A DNA stretch of 11,205 bases from Selaginella moellendorffii. Lineage: Eukaryota; Plantae; Lycopodiophyta. How positions within the stretch are numbered: position 1 is the first letter of the stretch; each line of letters opens with the position of its first letter. This document shows, one piece after another, positions 9,669-11,205 of the stretch. The stretch is from NCBI RefSeq assembly GCF_000143415.4, contig NW_003314584.1, positions 1-11,205 of the forward strand. The letters run 5' to 3'. The notes below the pieces were generated by a model that had not been told where the DNA came from, made no database searches, and saw only the letters and a list, made by a program, of their open reading frames with translations. A program made the position numbers and the translations under genes.

Positions 9669-9691
9669 CTTGAGACATTAGTATGAGGCTG
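9669..9691 (+). repeat. Copy 2 of the exact 23-nt direct repeat, inside the 49-nt kelch-gene intron (9714-9666, minus strand)
   Basis: Identical to 5087-5109. On the minus strand it contains a CTAAT branch-point-like motif and abuts the CAG acceptor at 9668-9666. Confidence 0.95.
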
Positions 9692-9884
9692 GATGATGGC
9701 TCGATCATACTAACCTCAATAATGCACTTCCACACATCGAAGGTCCAGCGAGGAAAGGTCGTCGTGTCACTTTTTTTTTGCCGACTTCTTTCATACCTCC
9801 ATACAGAAACAAAGTATCCTTTCCAACGACCATTCCAGCATTCATTCTTCCACAAGGCAACAACCTTCAAGCAGAACGCTCAAC

Positions 9885-10088
9885 NNNNNNNNNNNNNNNN
9901 NNNNNNNNNNNNNNNNNNNNNNNNNNNNNNNNNNNNNNNNNNNNNNNNNNNNNNNNNNNNNNNNNNNNNNNNNNNNNNNNNNNNNNNNNNNNNNNNNNNN
10001 NNNNNNNNNNNNNNNNNNNNNNNNNNNNNNNNNNNNNNNNNNNNNNNNNNNNNNNNNNNNNNNNNNNNNNNNNNNNNNNNNNNNNNNN
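9885..10088. other. Assembly gap (204 N)
   Basis: Run of N; kelch-gene exons continue in the correct order on both sides. Confidence 0.99.
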
Positions 10089-11205
10089 CGATCATAAAAA
10101 CGCTGTGCAGGGAATCACCTGCAAAAGACATTAGTTTTTCCAACGCATGCATTGAAACCGTACTCATCAGCATCAACTACACCACCAGACAAGATGTGGA
10201 CAATATCCTGCTCTGGCCAGGAGCCATACCGGATTTTTTCACCTTCACAAAACACATTGAAAAACTAAAACTCCATACGAGAATGTAAAACAAGCAAACC
10301 TTGTCCCACTCCCAATCCGTGGATCTAACGTCCACATATCTGCGAGCACTACACCTTTGTCGGATTGATCTTTGTCAGGGGCAGGCTCTTTGAAATAGCC
10401 ACCGTACAAGAAAATCTAGAAAAGAAAAAATGTTCACAACACGCAAAACTATACTTTTAGTAGACAAATACCTCATCTAAATAAACAGCAAGCTGAGAAC
10501 CAGTTCCAGCTGAAGGCCAGGCAGCTCCAAGCTTGGGTTTTATCTCTTGCCACTGCAAAAGGAAATCAGTTTAGTTGTTTAAAAAACAAGGAAGACCGAT
10601 GAGAAACAAACCTTATAATTGTCTAAGTCCAGCACTTAAAGATTATTAAAGTACCTGTGTCAAAAATTCAATACTAAACATCTACACTGCTGAAACAGCC
10701 GACCTTTCTTCCCTCAGCGTGTCATAAAATCCACCAAATAGAATAAGTTTATGTTTCTGTGGCAAGAAAGAAAAAAATAAAGATTATGTTTAGAAGCGCA
10801 ATACATACCAATCTATGTCCGGAACGAGCACCTGGACAGCCTTTTAGTTGAAGCTGCTCCCGCCAGATATTTGTGTTTAAATCCAGTCTCCATAAATCCT
10901 GCAAGAACTCTCTTGTAAGTCAGCTAGAAACACACCTTATAGTCATGAAACCGAATTCACCACCTACACTGCCAAAATCAAGAGAATTCCTGGATACCAA
11001 AACTGAAGAGCCAGTTTTCCACGCAACCCCCTGGTGAGCGCTTCTCGGGGGAGGAGAGTTTGGACTGGTGACAGGCTTCCACTCGTTCTTCTCGATGTTG
11101 TATCGGTAGGCATCACCATAAACGTAAGTCTAGCATAGCAAACACGAAGATCAAATCACCGTAGCGAAACTAACCACAAACCTTGTCACCATGACGATCA
11201 GCGCA

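Larger units (their letters stand above)
8975..11205 (-). pseudogene. KLHDC4: KLHDC4/Kel3-like kelch-repeat protein with C-terminal DUF4110, disrupted; 5' end outside the window or lost
   Basis: Spliced minus-strand exons read TYVYGDAYRYNIEKNEWKPVTSPNSPPPRSAHQGVAWK (11129-10998, frameshift at 11015-11018), GGEF/RFHDYK, DLWRLDLNTN..KGCPGARSGHRL, KHKLILFGGFYDTLRE, YFNNL*VLDLDNYK (TAA 10638-10636), WQEIKPKLGAAWPS, IFLYGGYFKE..DMWTLDPR, VKKSGMAPG, PCGRMNAGMVVGKDTLFLYGGMKEV, an acidic tract, PGETLRDFFSWTIMYWQMAPYDHTQHTGK, ELRKDGFDLAKTRYRQLKPVLDK and LARLEADH..KKKR* (stop 8977-8975). Confidence 0.9.

Noticed and set aside
9683-10288. ORFs spanning the N run
   Set aside because: They are artefacts of translating the assembly gap; the real coding signal is the spliced minus-strand kelch gene.
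4510-10638. In-frame stops and frameshifts as RNA editing, readthrough, selenocysteine or programmed frameshifting
   Set aside because: These are nuclear spliced genes. The stops co-occur with multi-codon deletions and lost splice sites that recoding cannot repair, so ordinary pseudogene decay explains them.
3179-11205. A functional gene cluster or novel system (ethylene, sucrose, phosphate, Fe-S)
   Set aside because: The genes are functionally unrelated, well-known families and all are disrupted; adjacency is expected in a compact genome.

Overview
Eukaryotic land-plant nuclear DNA. It is gene-dense with very short (~50-80 nt) introns, which suggests a compact genome such as the lycophyte Selaginella (inference only). 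The first ~1.8 kb is AT-rich, CpG-poor and has no assignable gene, and it is followed by ~1.2 kb of unassigned, probably decayed genic sequence. The rest is a contiguous run of six recognisable genes, and every one is disrupted by frameshifts, nonsense codons, short deletions or truncation. In order they are a plastid NFU2/3-type Fe-S carrier (-), an EIN3/EIL transcription factor (+), RNA polymerase subunit RPB6 (+), sucrose-phosphate phosphatase (+), the SPX-domain half of a PHO1-family gene (+) and a KLHDC4/Kel3-like kelch-DUF4110 gene (-, running off the end and spanning a 204-N gap). The intron-containing genes keep their introns, so this reads as a decaying DNA-level duplicated block rather than a set of retrocopies. 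The most distinctive detail is an exact 23-nt copy of kelch-gene intron sequence located 4.6 kb away at a lesion in RPB6, which looks like templated filler DNA. I see no evidence for a new functional biological system; the interest lies in how the block is degenerating. Family assignments come from manual translation and recalled family motifs, not from database searches.
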